Below, one piece after another: positions 23,246 to 36,413 of a stretch of DNA of 48,931 bases. The notes below the pieces were generated by a model. It ran no database searches. It was not told the origin of the DNA and saw only the letters and a list, made by a program, of their open reading frames with translations. How positions within the stretch are numbered: the stretch's first letter is position 1; each line of letters begins with the position of its first letter. Source of the DNA: Octopus bimaculoides (lineage: Eukaryota); assembly GCF_001194135.2 (NCBI RefSeq), contig NC_068990.1, positions 65,613,384 through 65,662,314 of the forward strand. Reading direction: 5' to 3'. The position numbers and the translations under genes were made by a program.

Positions 23246-24444
23246 AGCTAGTGTAGTCGTCTCTCCCTCCAACTATCACATCCTGAATATTGAGCTGCAT
23301 TTGTAGTATTGACGAGACAAAGACACCCACGTGGCCTTACATTCTTGGTTCGCTGAGGATACAGAAGACGTCTATGTATCCGCACGACTACAGAGACACC
23401 AAATACAAGTAGCAAAAATGGAAGACAAACTATTAGCTCAAACTCTCTCGCGAGTGACGGCAAGGCTTTACGATTATCAATAATTCGGCTGAGAAAAAGT
23501 ATCCCTGGAATCCCTGAGAAAACATGTATTGTATTGAAGCTGCATTACTTTTAACTCTTTTCTTCATTATCATAGATTTTTTTAGCGCATAGAACTAGTG
23601 AACTTAGTCTTACAGCATTTCAACATTTTTAAAAGATTTCATCTTAAAAATACCAGCTCTCGATAGTTTGCTACACATTGACACATGTCCGTACCTCTTC
23701 AATGTGTTTGCATTTTTTTCCTCATTTTCTGCTAACTCAATACCTGTTAAGATATATTATGTTATAGTATTAGATTTCAATACACTTTCTGTCACGACAC
23801 CACGTTTTTAAAGTTTAATCAATTTTAATCACGCAATTCTAAGCTCTGATTGTTCAGAGTTAGTGAGTTATAAATATTTTATTTATTAAGCACTAACCCT
23901 CCTGCTCAATAACGCAGATACATATTATTGTCGAGATAAACACGGCATAGCACCAGGATTTACACGCTACTTTCGAAAATCAGGAAATTGTGAAACCGCT
24001 TAAATAAATCTTAAGAAATCTATTTAAAGATTCCAAGTCCATTTTCTTAAGCAAATATTAATAAATTCTTTTAAAGACTCCAAGTGCATTTTCATGTTCT
24101 TTTCTACATTTTTACACATCTGCACGTGTGAAAAAAGATTTCCTATCTATCTATCTATCTATCTACACATGGGATTAGATTAAATATGAATGAGATTGCA
24201 GATCAAAATGTTACCACAACTCATTTAATAATTTTGATGCTTCGGCCCAATAATAGAAAGTCGTAAACGGGAGGGAACACTCGGTTCGTCAGAACTCCAC
24301 GTAAAACAGACCCCAAATGATTGTAAAATGTTTTATTACGAAAGTTTAAATGTTTTCATATTTATATTAGATATGATTAAATCTTTACGGAACTAATTCT
24401 CTAAATTGCTGTATTTTTCTTATGTATTCTACAATGGCAACTAA

Positions 24445-24483
<39 letters not shown>

Positions 24484-25063
24484 CACACACTCATATATAT
24501 ATACACATACATATATGTATAGATAAGTATGTATATATTTACCTTTATATATGTGTTTGTGTGTGTGTATGTGTATTTTTACGCATACACATATATGTAC
24601 GTTGTAATTATAATGCGTATATCACGGCGTATGAGCACAATTGCGTATACACTTATGAATATAGGAAATACATACATACATATAAATACGTATTTGTGAG
24701 TGTGTGTGCGTGTGTGTGTGTGTGTGTCTGTGCCTGTCTGTATTTGTGTGTGCTTATTTCTATCGATTACCAAGAAAGAAAAGCAAAATCAATCATGCTT
24801 GATTTAAGCATGGAAAATTTAGTTAGCAGACAGAATAGAGTAAAGCAACTAATCTGGATCTCTCGAACCTTAATCATATCACCGCTTTCTGTACTTCTCA
24901 ATAATATACACATAAATAAATAGAGCCAGTGCTATCAGAAAATAGGATAACAATATCCTGCAGAAGTTTTAGTAAATATCCTTCTGTCACAAAATATGAT
25001 TTACTGAAAAGCAAACCTGAAGGAAAAATCATAAATTACGTCGTACAGGAGAATTAATAATAC

Positions 25064-25114
<51 letters not shown>

Positions 25115-25334
25115 GTCTGTCTGTCTGTCTGTCTATGTGTCTGCCTGTCTGTCTGTATATGTGTCTGCCTGTCTGTATATCTCTATGTATGTATCTATAT
25201 GTATGTATACATACACACACAAACACATATATATGCATATATGTGAGTTATATGTATATATATATGTATATAAATATGTACTCATCCATACGTATATATA
25301 CATAATTATGTATATGCATATATAGATGTATACA

Positions 25335-25387
<53 letters not shown>

Positions 25388-26074
25388 AATGAGAGGGATA
25401 AAAATAAGTGAAAAGGAGTGAAGGAGGATGAAGCTATTGATTCATAAATCATATTCCACAAGTCTGAGAATTTTTTTGAAGATCTTTTAGAGTAAACAAC
25501 AGCGATGTAATTTGCTTGGTTGTTTGACGTTGCCACTTTTNNNNNNNNNNNNNNNNNNNNNNNNNNNNNNNNNNNNNNNNNNNNNNNNNNNNNNNNNNNN
25601 NNNNNNNNNNNNNNNNNNNNNNNNNNNNNNNNNNNNNNNNNNNNNNNNNNNNNNNNNNNNNNNNNNNNNNNNNNNNNNNNNNNNNNNNNNNNNNNNNNNN
25701 NNNNNNNNNNNNNNNNNNNNNNNNNNNNNNNNNNNNNNNNNNNNNNNNNNNNNNNNNNNNNNNAAATGCAAAATCAGGTTTTGAACGAAGGAAAATAACT
25801 CACCTATAATTTGATAGTATACATAAACAAATATGATAAAATATAGAAAATAAAATATTGAACAACAATAGCTATACGACTGCCACTGTGGGCGTTGTCC
25901 CTGCCACCGAAGGCGTCGTTCGCAAGCAAATCTGATTTGGTAGCATGCACCGTGTTTTTGTAAATTATTTTACATGTTTATGTTCCCGCGGGCGGACATA
26001 GATACCATCTCAACGGTCTCAGCTCTTGAAACAAAGCTTCATCTAGAAATGTGGATGGAAGAGAGGGATGCTAC

Positions 26075-26157
26075 CATTACTGGGATGATACTCGTTTTAG
26101 CTGAACAGACTGGAACAGCGTGAGGATGAAGTATCTTGCTCGAAGATACAATGCACT
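26075..26157 (-). mobile_element. SINE family D fragment
   Basis: gctgaacagactggaacagcgtgaggatgaagtatcttgctcgaagatacaatgcac. Confidence 0.5.
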
Positions 26158-26204
26158 ACACTTGGTAGTTTATAAACCGAACCCATCCACTTATGATCAC
26201 AAAA

Positions 26205-26350
26205 TCAACCAGGAATTGAATTGTAACTTCATTTTATCGACCTTGTAAAGATAAAAAGTGAAGTTGGCCTAACCGGGATTTGGATTTACAGTTCAAAGAA
26301 TTGCCACACACAGCAAATCACTTTCACTGAAACTCTAACGATTCCACACG
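26205..26350 (-). mobile_element. SINE family A, very degenerate
   Basis: ttttatcgaccttgtaaagataaaaagtgaagttggcctaaccgggatttgga. Confidence 0.45.
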
Positions 26351-26360
26351 TGCACTACCC

Positions 26361-26426
<66 letters not shown>

Positions 26427-26789
26427 GTATATGTATATGTGCATGTGTGTGAGCGTGTATGTATGTGTACGAGTGTATCCACGAACGTGTATGTGTTGAC
26501 CGTGTAACGTAGTAGACGATGTTACCTGCTCCTGTTTCTAAAATCCAATTTTGTGGTTCCTCTTTCCAATTTACTAAGGCTTAAAAACACTTTCAATTCC
26601 CATCCCACCAATTTCTCTTTCAGGTTAATTAATTATTCCAATACATCTTTACATCAAGAATATCTACTGTAGCTTGATATATTCCTTAAGAAACGATGGT
26701 GATCATGGTTTAGCAATATAAATGTCGGCTTTCTGGGAAGCTTGATCGAGTCATATGTCGCAATCGAGAATCTTTCCTTTCTCGTTCAC

Positions 26790-27090
26790 CATGCTGCCTT
26801 TCTTGTGTGGACCTTCCCTCTCCTCTCCTCCTCCTTCTCCCGTCCTCTTCCACTCTTCTTCCTCCTTCTCCTCTTCTCGTCTACCACGTCTTCGTCGTTG
26901 TCGACATCGTCTTCCCTCTTCCTCTTACTCCTTCACTTTATCCTCCTCGTCCTCCTTCTGTTCATTTTGCTTCTCTTTCTCCTTCCCATCATCATCATCA
27001 TCATCCTTGCCGTCGTTCCCCTATTCTCTCCCCCTTCTTACTTAATCCTCTTTCTTCTCCTCCTGCATCTTTTTCCTCCGCCCTTTTCAT
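26790..27090. repeat. CT-rich low-complexity tract
   Basis: (CTC)/(CTT)/(CAT) cryptic repeats. Confidence 0.85.
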
Positions 27091-28002
27091 TCTACAATAA
27101 ATATTAATGGTGATATAAACAGAAGCGATTGAGTTTACATTCCTTTAAAGTCGACTGTGAACAGATTGATATACGCTAGGAAGAAAGTATGAGATAGCTG
27201 TTAAGATCTCTGAAGGACGGATATCAATCAAGTGAAGGCGGAGAAGGACAAAAAAGATATTAATAGAGAATTTGTTTGACTTTGGCCCATTTGTGATGGT
27301 ATCTATAGGAGTAATCACCGTTGAGCATTAGTCTTCGTTTGAAAGTTGACTATAATATGGGAAAGAAAGAACGGGAGTGACGATGACTGCAGTGAACAGC
27401 CATTTCATACAACGGATTTCATGTGCTTTGAATTACGATGAAACAAATGCTCTACGTCTTGGAAATGGCGGACCCATACAAGGGGTAGATTAGACTTGGT
27501 AGTCTGAAGCGCTTACATGAAAGAAATCAATGAAGAAAGAAAGGAGAAAAAGAAATCTATGAAATTAAAAAAAGAACAAACAACAGAAAAAACTGGATTA
27601 TATTCCTTCAAAATAATTCTAGCAAATGCATCATATAAAAACAACCATCCACACTCATACACGAATAATTAAAATTATTTCCCATAAATATTTTCTCTCT
27701 CTTATCGTATGTATATAATGATTTAAACGAGTAGGAGATATCTGGAAAGAAAAAAAAAAAACTGAAAAACAAGTAAAAATATTACAGTTGTAAAAAGTTG
27801 TGAAAGAATATTTTTTTATGAGTAAAAGAAATAAAAGCATTTGACTGTCATGTCAACTTTCTTTGAAAATCACGATTGTATGGTGTGTATGTTTTTTTTT
27901 ATTTCACGTCCTTTAGTCAGAGTACCATACTCTGGTCACGCGATATCACGATGTGGTAATTTGCATGTATTCCTACGCCAATTTTCTTCCTCCTGTACAC
28001 AA

Positions 28003-28044
<42 letters not shown>

Positions 28045-28053
28045 ATACACAGC

Positions 28054-28084
<31 letters not shown>

Positions 28085-28123
28085 TGTATGTATATATATA
28101 TATATATATATATNNNNNNNNNN

Positions 28124-29450
28124 GTTTTAATAAAAAATAACAACTAATTAATCAATGATGTATTCACCCTTGTTGTTTACAACTTCTTTTCAACGTTCAG
28201 CAAGATTTTCAATACCTCGTTGGTAGAAATCACCTGATTTCGACTCGAAAAATTGATCCAACCAAGCTCTCAGCTCTGCATCAGTTTTGAACGGAACTCT
28301 GCGCATCGCATTTGAAAGAGATCGAAAGAGGTGGACATCCGTTGGTGCCAAATCAGGAGAGTACGGCGGGTGCGGCAGCACTTCCTAGCCATGCGTTTGA
28401 ATGGCTTCCTTGGTCATATTGGCGATATGAGGGCGGGCGTTGTCGTGCAGTAGAAGACCTCCATGCTGCCGAATAGGTCTCTTCTCTTGAATAACCGTGT
28501 TGAGTTGTTCCATCTGTTGAATATAGTGTTCCGCATTGACCGTTTGGTTCCGTTCAAGAATTCGTAATGGATAATCTCTTCCCAGTCCCACCATATACAC
28601 AACATCGTTTTACGCGGATGAAGATCTTGTTTCACGTGCTGTGTCGCTTGTTTACCGTGGCTAAGCGATCATTACGCTGCTTCAAATTGATGTACAGTCA
28701 CCAATTTTCCTCGCCAGTAACAATTCGGTAAAGAAATCGTTGCTTGTGTCCATGAGTTGAGCGGTGACGAGCAAACAAACCGGCGGAGATTGTGGCTCGT
28801 TCACTTTTGTTGTCACTTAAAGCATGTGGAACCCATGCCCCATACTTCTGAACCTTTCCCATCGAGTGAAAATGCTTCTCTATAGCAGTGTGAGAGCATT
28901 CCATTTTCTCTGCCAGTTTCCTTGTCGTTTGACGAGAATTTTCGTGCAAAAGTTGGNNNNNNNNNNGCAGTGTGAGAGCATTCCATTTTCTCTGCCAGTT
29001 TCCTTGTCGTTTGACGAGAATTTTCGTGCAAAAGTTGGTTTAATCGCTCTTCATCGAACTCAACTGGACGGCCAGAATGAGGTACGTCTTTGAGGTAAAA
29101 ATTTCCATTTTTAAACTTGGCATACCAATCACGAGCAGTTCTTTCAGCTATGGCACCCTCTCCATACACAGTACAAATGTCGCGAGCAGCTTTTGCGGCC
29201 TTAGAACTGTGATTAAAAGCAAAAAGAAGGAGGTGTCAAAAATGCTCGTTTTCTTAACTCGACATTCTATTTTAATGATCTGAAAATAAACAAAAATTAA
29301 CTAAAATTAACTAGAAATAAACAAAAAGAAAAACAAATAGATTCCAAAATGATTCAAAAATAGAAGTCTTGAAAAAAATAGATTCCAAAATTTAAAAACG
29401 CAATAAATTCCAAAATTTAGAAAAACGGCGGGAACTTAGTTGCCAACCCA

Positions 29451-29451
<1 letters not shown>
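28124..29451 (-). mobile_element. Near full-length mariner (DD34D) with pseudogenised transposase
   Basis: 5' TIR ttgggttggcaactaagttcccgcc with TA at 29452-53; YGEGAIAERTARDWYAKFKNG; WVPHAL; RIVTG; LLLHDNARPH; HPPYSPDLAPTD.HLFRSLSN; apparent start ATG>ATA near 29270 and several frameshifts; 3' TIR lost in a gap. Confidence 0.95.
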
Positions 29452-29482
<31 letters not shown>

Positions 29483-30119
29483 GCGTATATACACACATAA
29501 ATGAATGCATATACATATGGGTGTGTATAAATACACGCACGCATGCATACACACACACATACAAACAGAGTTACACATACAGATTGACGCACACTCATGC
29601 ACAGTGCCAATCAGTGCCAATTATTTATGCTGATCGCTTGCTATGTGCTTTTGCTTACAACGGACGCCATAGCAAAACAACACACTCTTACATATATTAA
29701 AATATCGGTACAGTTAAATCATTATTTATATCGGAATATGTAAGAATTTCCGATCTTGTCTTCGATCAACCAATGAGCTGTTGTTTATCCTCAACTTCTT
29801 TCTCCCACAAGTCAAAAGGGCTTTGCGGAAAGGTCATACTCGCTGTCGATTTTCTTTTGACCAAGTCATAAAACCCCGTTCTTTCTTTGGACGCGGCCAC
29901 ATCAGTCGCATTGTTAAAACTTTTGAGAAACGACTGAACATAACCTATTTCTCATTTTCACAACACTAAAATATTAACTTTTGTATCTGCATAAATATAT
30001 TAGCCTTTATGTTTCTGTAGTAAAACATAATTTACAACATATAACACACCGTTCTATTGTTTACTCGTGTGTCCCAAGCTGTATTGAAAAATATTTGTAA
30101 CGATTAACTAAAATTCGTA

Positions 30120-30660
30120 GACTAACACACATATACACATACACGAATGCACGTGAGCATTTAAGCGCGCACACGCACACACACTCACGCACACATACAT
30201 ACACACATACACACACGCACGCACGCACATTGTTCTCTGTCTGTCTTTTGTCTGTCGATTTGTGCCTTTATTTGTCTGTCTCCCCCCTCTCTCTCTATAT
30301 ATATATGCATATATGTATGTGCGCGCGTATATATCCATATGTGTGTATGTGTGCACGTGTGTGTTTATGTGTGTACACATTAGAGTCGCCTCTCCGCCGG
30401 AAAGCGTATAGACACATAAACACTTGTATACTAGATATGTGTATACATACATACATAAATAAATACATACATACATACATACATACATACATACATGCAA
30501 CACACATACACATATAAATATGTTTGTCTATACAAACACATATACACATGTATATATGTATGTGTATATGTGTATACACACTTACACTCACACACGCACA
30601 CAAACACGTACACACAGGCATACATCGAATACAATATCTATATACACACATATATTTATA
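30120..30660. repeat. Long compound CA/GT/TA/CATA microsatellite field
   Basis: Directly visible. Confidence 0.9.
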
Positions 30661-31216
30661 TATTTCTTTCATCAGACTTAACTACAATTACTGCGCGATG
30701 TCTCTTAATGTTTTTCAACGTCATTTAATGTTTCCTGTTCGTACTAAAGTAACCTCGTTTTGAAAACAAAGCCATTGAAAGTCCGAAAACATTTCCAAAT
30801 GACCTTAAAACAAAGCTCGCATCAGATGTCAGTTGTTCTTTTCAAGTTTTGTTTGTAATGGCGGTGAAAGCTCTTCAGAATGTGTCTTAGTTTGATCGAC
30901 ATTGCATAGTGTTATAGCATTTTAAACAACGAAACAAAGAAAGAAAAGAAGCAAATGTAAGCCCTTTAATCATCCACTTTCTCTTCTTTCTTCCATCGCT
31001 TTCTACTGTGATGGCTCCCTCACCAAATAGTGTTGCGATCAGTTCTTTTAAAATGTTTAAATTATTATGGCTTCTGGTCATATATGAAAAGCACTTAAAA
31101 GACCATTGTTTGTGACAGCCAACGTAAATAATCCCTTTCTTTCTTTCTGATTGTCTGTCTCTTTCTCTTCTTACGTATATACATACATACAAACATACAA
31201 ACACACGCACACGTAC

Positions 31217-31260
<44 letters not shown>

Positions 31261-33656
31261 ATACGTGTGTGTTTATGTGTGTGCATCACTCGAGAACCAG
31301 GTCGCCTAAAAACTGTTTATAATAGCTAGTTTACTCAATGAGAAGCGGGTTTAACTTGTCAGGAGGGTTCGTAACGTTACAATATTTATATAACCCCAAA
31401 TAAGGTCTGGTCTAACAGATTTATTGCTATCAAAAAGTCAACTGTACAACCAGCAACGAACAGAAGATATTTGAGGGAAATCCCCAAACTAAAAACTGAT
31501 TAAATCTTCTCATCTGATTAGTTTTGGATTTCTGGATATCCCTCTTGCGTTTTTGGTAGCTGGAGAACGGAAGAAGTAAAAATTTTGGTCACGGTGAGCT
31601 ACTCTGCATACTGTTCATTTTCTGTTTTTTTCTTTTGTGACTGATTTTTGAAATGCTGTTTAAAACACTATACATATCACTGCAAGATAAATATCGTTCC
31701 AGCAATGGTCCACAAGAGCATCAAATGCGTTTGGGTTTTCTTGAGTCCTATAAGATTCTCGCCATGTCGAATCTGCGACACAGTTTCGAATTCTTATTGA
31801 TGTAATTTTGCTGAAGCTTGTGAAAAAGCCATGGATATTATAACATTATACTTTAAGTCTGAGGAACTGTGTCTTAATAAGGGAGTTAAATTTAACCATG
31901 TATGCAGGAGATGCTCAATGTATCTTTCACTTGATGCGCTTGATATTATTTAAAGTGGTTAAATACAATATAGCCATAGCAGCATGTTTATCTCGATGCC
32001 ATTTGGGCTACTAAGAAATTCTCTTTTTTTCTTTTCATTAATGAAGTTTTCTGCAGAAAGCTGGCGTTGGCCGAATCAATATGGTATCATATTGTTACTT
32101 GAAAGAACAACGGTTCGTATCTTGTTCCCTGCGATGAATACTGTATTATAAATTAAACAAAATACTTCATTATTAATATATAATTCGTCCTCTACAACGG
32201 TTGACAGTAAGCTGTAAGACTACATGAAAACCGTAGATATTAGGACACTAACACAACACGATGTCGATATAGTTTATGAGCTGTTGACGGCGAACTGCCA
32301 CTCTGTTACCGAAACCAGCTGTCTATACAATGACACAAAACGATATAACTACTGGGTCAAGAGCTGTTGACAGTGAACTATCACTCTATCAATTCACGAT
32401 TTATCTTTACTACCTACTGAAAAATATTTTGCAATAACCTACATTATAACCCAAGTATTACTTTGACAAAACATTTTCACATTGTGAAACACATTCGTAA
32501 ACAAACTTTTAAAATATTTAATAGTTTTAGTCAGGTAAAAGAGTTTACAGCTTTAGAACTGATTAATGTACTTTACAGTAGACATTGATAAGATAATTAG
32601 TTTATTTTCAGAACGTGGCGAAAGAAGTTGAAATAATTTTCAGCTGGCTGCTTCCTGTAAATGTACCGACTGTTTATTGAGCTTCAGTTGTACTAAATAT
32701 TAAGGATAGGTAAAAAACAATCTACGATATGTTTATTACTATGAATCATTATCAAAAGTTAAACTTTTGTTTTCGGATGCCATAAAGTTTAAATAATTTA
32801 GATCCTGAAAATGTTGACGTTTCAAGAAGATATAAAATCATTTTATCCCTTTTGATACCAGCCTGCCTGAGACCTCTCGTAATTCTATGGTACAAACTCC
32901 CAATTTTAATGTGATCTAAATTAAAACCTTCCATTATAATGTCATATTAATTCCTGTTCCAAACATCAGCTTGATAATGACGTATTTATTTTCTGAATTC
33001 TTCATTATTTTAAAAGTTATTTTAAAGAAATGATGTTGTTGCCGCTACAGCTGCTACTTCTATTGCTGTTACTACCACTACTGATACCGCGGTTACTACT
33101 GGTACTGATATTGCAACTCCTAAGGTTGCTGCTGATGTTGCTGCTGCTGCTGTTGTTTCTGCTGTCTCTGCTGTTGCTGCTGCTGCTGCAACCTTTTGCC
33201 CAGCTGCATATGTTGACGTTTATATAAACTGTCTCATGGAAGGCAAGGAAAAATAAATAAGTAAATAAATACATAAATACTGAAACGAGACAATTGGCTT
33301 CCGGTGTCGTTAGAGTTGATGTCTCCTTCCCCTCCACCTTGTCAGTTTTCAACTATTTTTCTCATACAATAAATTGTCAGCATTTCTAAACAGAAGTTAA
33401 TACGAAGTCTGAACTAGAAGAAATAAATAAATAAAAATTCTAACAATGGTAAATTCAATCAGAAATCACGATTGCATCTAGATTGGCTGGTTTGTCTTTG
33501 ATACGATTCTTGAAAATAGATAAAACTCATATTTGGGAAATGAAATGTCTCTTGGAACTAAATACTTTCGAGTGTCGCAGAGAAACTAAATAATAAATTT
33601 AATTGTAGCTCGTAAAACCTTTTGGTGTTATAATTGTGCATTCGTGTGTATGAAAA

Positions 33657-33687
<31 letters not shown>

Positions 33688-34074
33688 TGTATGTATGTAT
33701 GTATGTATGTATGTATGTATGTTTGTTTGTTTGTATGTATTTTTGCTTCTTTGCTTGTTCGTGTCTGTGTATGAGCGTGGAGGAAATTGGAATTTGGTTC
33801 ATTCTTTTTACCTTTTGCTTATTGGTCCTTTATAGAACTTTCTAGATTTAATTTGATAATTCTGAAAGTGTTAGGTAGGAGTTAAGTGGATTCTTCAGGG
33901 ACGCTTGTGAACAACGTACTTGATTTTAACTCGAAATGCTTCTCACTTTTCCATTTCTTGGGAAAAATTCTAGAGATGTTCATTTGAAAGAGACGAGAAA
34001 CAAGTTAAAGTGAATTCTATAGGAAAAACAAAAACTAAACACACACACACAAGAAAACTATAACGAATAAGTAA

Positions 34075-34294
34075 TTCTTTCTTCTACAGTCACAAGGACT
34101 GGAACTTTGTGGGGAAGGGGACTATTATCCATTATATCGGTACCAATGCTTGAATGGAACTTATTTAATCGATCTCGAAAGAATGAATGACAAAGTCGAC
34201 CCAGGCAGTATTTGAACTCAGGATATAAAGATCTGGAAGAAATGTTGCTTAGAATTTTGTCCCATGTGCTAACGCTTCTGCCAGGTCGACGCCT
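34075..34294 (-). mobile_element. SINE family A, diverged
   Basis: aatcgatctcgaaagaatgaatgacaaagtcgacccaggcagtatttgaactcagg...gctaacgcttctgccaggtcgacgcct. Confidence 0.8.
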
Positions 34295-34314
34295 ACATAA
34301 CTAAAACTAATTCT

Positions 34315-34525
34315 TTTTAATTTTGGCAAAAGGCCAGCAGTTTTGAGAAGAGAGGAGGTCGTTTACATTCAGTCCAGTGCTAAGCTACTTCTTCATTTTT
34401 TATCAATCCTGCAACAATGAAAGACGAATGTGATCGGCGGTATTTTGAACTCAGAACAAGAGCTAGAAGAAATACTGCCAAGCAGTGTGCCTAGCGTGCT
34501 AACAATTCGGCTAGCTGGTTACCTT
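34315..34525 (-). mobile_element. SINE family A, second adjacent diverged copy
   Basis: cggcggtattttgaactcagaac...gcgtgctaacaattcggctagctggttacctt. Confidence 0.7.
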
Positions 34526-35374
34526 CATAACGAATGAATAATTACACATGTTTTTAGTAACATAGAGTAAAATTACTTGATATTTTGTGAACAGAAGTAT
34601 CTATTAATATATAAATATTTGTAAATTAAATGAAGAATCAAAATGGTCTTTTACTACGTGGATATCTTCCGAAATTGTAGTGGCTGCGTATGTGAGGCGA
34701 AAGAGTCTTGCTGGAGGATCTATATTAAGTTATAGATTTAGTTCATTGGAATGTCACCTAGACTATTCAGTGCTCTGTATTCCTTTATTATTGATGGATT
34801 CTTACCATGTAGACATAAAAATTCCATAATCTAGAGGAAAAGGGTTACATATTTTCTTTTCAGGGACATTAATGGATTAAGTAAAGTGAAACAACTACAA
34901 CATATGATTGAAATAATGTGCCCGGCTCAACTTCTCAATATACCAACACTATTCTACATCACTCGTCACAAATCAATAAAAATCGATTCATATTTCTTCT
35001 GTACAAAGTCATTTAATGTAGCAACTATAGACTATATGACTGATGTAATCGATTCCAATATATTGCTGGTACACCTTTTGTGAAACCTGAAGTAGAACAC
35101 AGAAGAACGAAAAGCAGAATCGGCCTTCACAAGATTCGTACTGGCTTTAATAATTCTTGTTGGCTTTAATATAATAAAATACTCAACTTACGCTATTATC
35201 TCTCGATGGAATTTTAAGCAAGTATCAGCTTTGTGATGATCGTTAAGAGGTTATAAGAGGAAGTATGCGTTATAATAAAATATGCGATGAGGTAGGAAGG
35301 GATAGAAAGTAAGTAATGCTCCTGAACATTATGGTCCTGCGACCTAGGACCCAGCCAGTTATTAGGTTTCCATG

Positions 35375-35452
35375 ACGTATAGGTGACTGTAATGAACGAG
35401 ACGCTACTTCGTCGCAGCCGAGTCGACTGGAGCAACATGAAATGAAAGTGTA
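35375..35452 (-). mobile_element. SINE family D fragment
   Basis: cgtcgcagccgagtcgactggagcaacatgaaatgaaagtgt. Confidence 0.5.
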
Positions 35453-35974
35453 CTACTATGGGTTAAATAGCACTAGAATGAAGGACCCCTAGTTCTCGGG
35501 AGAACTTCCTTCTCGGAGAAGGTAAACTTGTATAAAAGAATCTGATGTGCAGTTCGTTTCTAGTCGTCTCAACTTCTGTTCTGCCACTAGTTTTACAGCT
35601 GATTTCACTGCAAAGTAGATTCAGTGCTGCGCAACGCTTTATCCACTTAAAACAAATGCACGGAGAAGAATCCTTTGGAGCTCGGAACGATTGCACAGAT
35701 TAATTGAGCTTAGGAAGTGGTCTTATTTGGTCACGTGATTTCCTCCAAGTATATTGTCAACACATTCTCTTTTTAATTTAGAATACATTTTTGACCGGCC
35801 ACCTATTTGGAGCAAGGTTGTGAAGGAAAGCATCTTGTTTTGTTCGTCACCCTTTAAATCTCAAGAAGGCCATGCAGATTTTTATAGTTTCCCGTATCGG
35901 GATCATTTGTAGTGAATGAGTTAAGGATTTGCATTCTCTCCCTCAGCACCTGAGTTCAACAATACTTAGTTCCT

Positions 35975-36207
35975 TATTTCTTTACTGCCCACAAGGGGCT
36001 AAACATAGAGGGGACAAACAAGGACAGACAAAGGGATTAAGTCGATTATATCGACCCCAGTGCGTAACTGGTACTTAATTTATCGACCCCCGAAAGGATG
36101 AAAGGCAAAGTCGACCACGGCGGAATTTGAACTCAGAACGTTACGGCAGACGAAATACTGCTTAGCATTTCGCCCGGAGTGCTAACGTTTCTGCCAGTTC
36201 GCCGCCT
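35975..36207 (-). mobile_element. SINE family A, young full-length copy with perfect 24-bp target-site duplication
   Basis: tgagttcaacaatacttagttcct at 35951-35974 and 36208-36231. Confidence 0.95.
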
Positions 36208-36241
36208 TGAGTTCAACAATACTTAGTTCCTGCCGGGTTGA

Positions 36242-36413
36242 TATGTATGTATGTATGTATGCATGTATGTATGCATGTATGTATGTATGTATGTATGCAT
36301 GTATGTATGTATGTATGTATGTATGTATGTATGTATGTATGTATGCATATATGTACGTACCTACGTATGTATGTATGTATGCATATATGTACGTACCTAC
36401 GTATGTATGTATG
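36242..36413. repeat. (TATG)n tract with a 36-bp higher-order duplication
   Basis: gcatatatgtacgtacctacgtatgtatgtatg at 36345 and 36381. Confidence 0.95.

Noticed and set aside
23290-23480. 56-codon frame RDKDTHVALHSW...KMEDKLL as a host exon
   Set aside because: No good splice signals; faint resemblance to an RTE C-terminus, too weak to annotate either way.
35490-35522. Twin mini-palindromes agttctcgggagaact and ccttctcggagaagg as HSE or STAT sites
   Set aside because: Spacing fits neither nGAAn arrays nor TTCN3GAA; 7-bp stems can be chance.
32620-35705. Isolated exon-like signals (32621 NVAKEVEIIFSWLLP; 35599 LISLQSRFSAAQRF...; also 41481 and the 51-bp 42624-42674)
   Set aside because: AG/GT-flanked short frames are expected by chance in 49 kb; they give no recognisable homology or coherent gene model.
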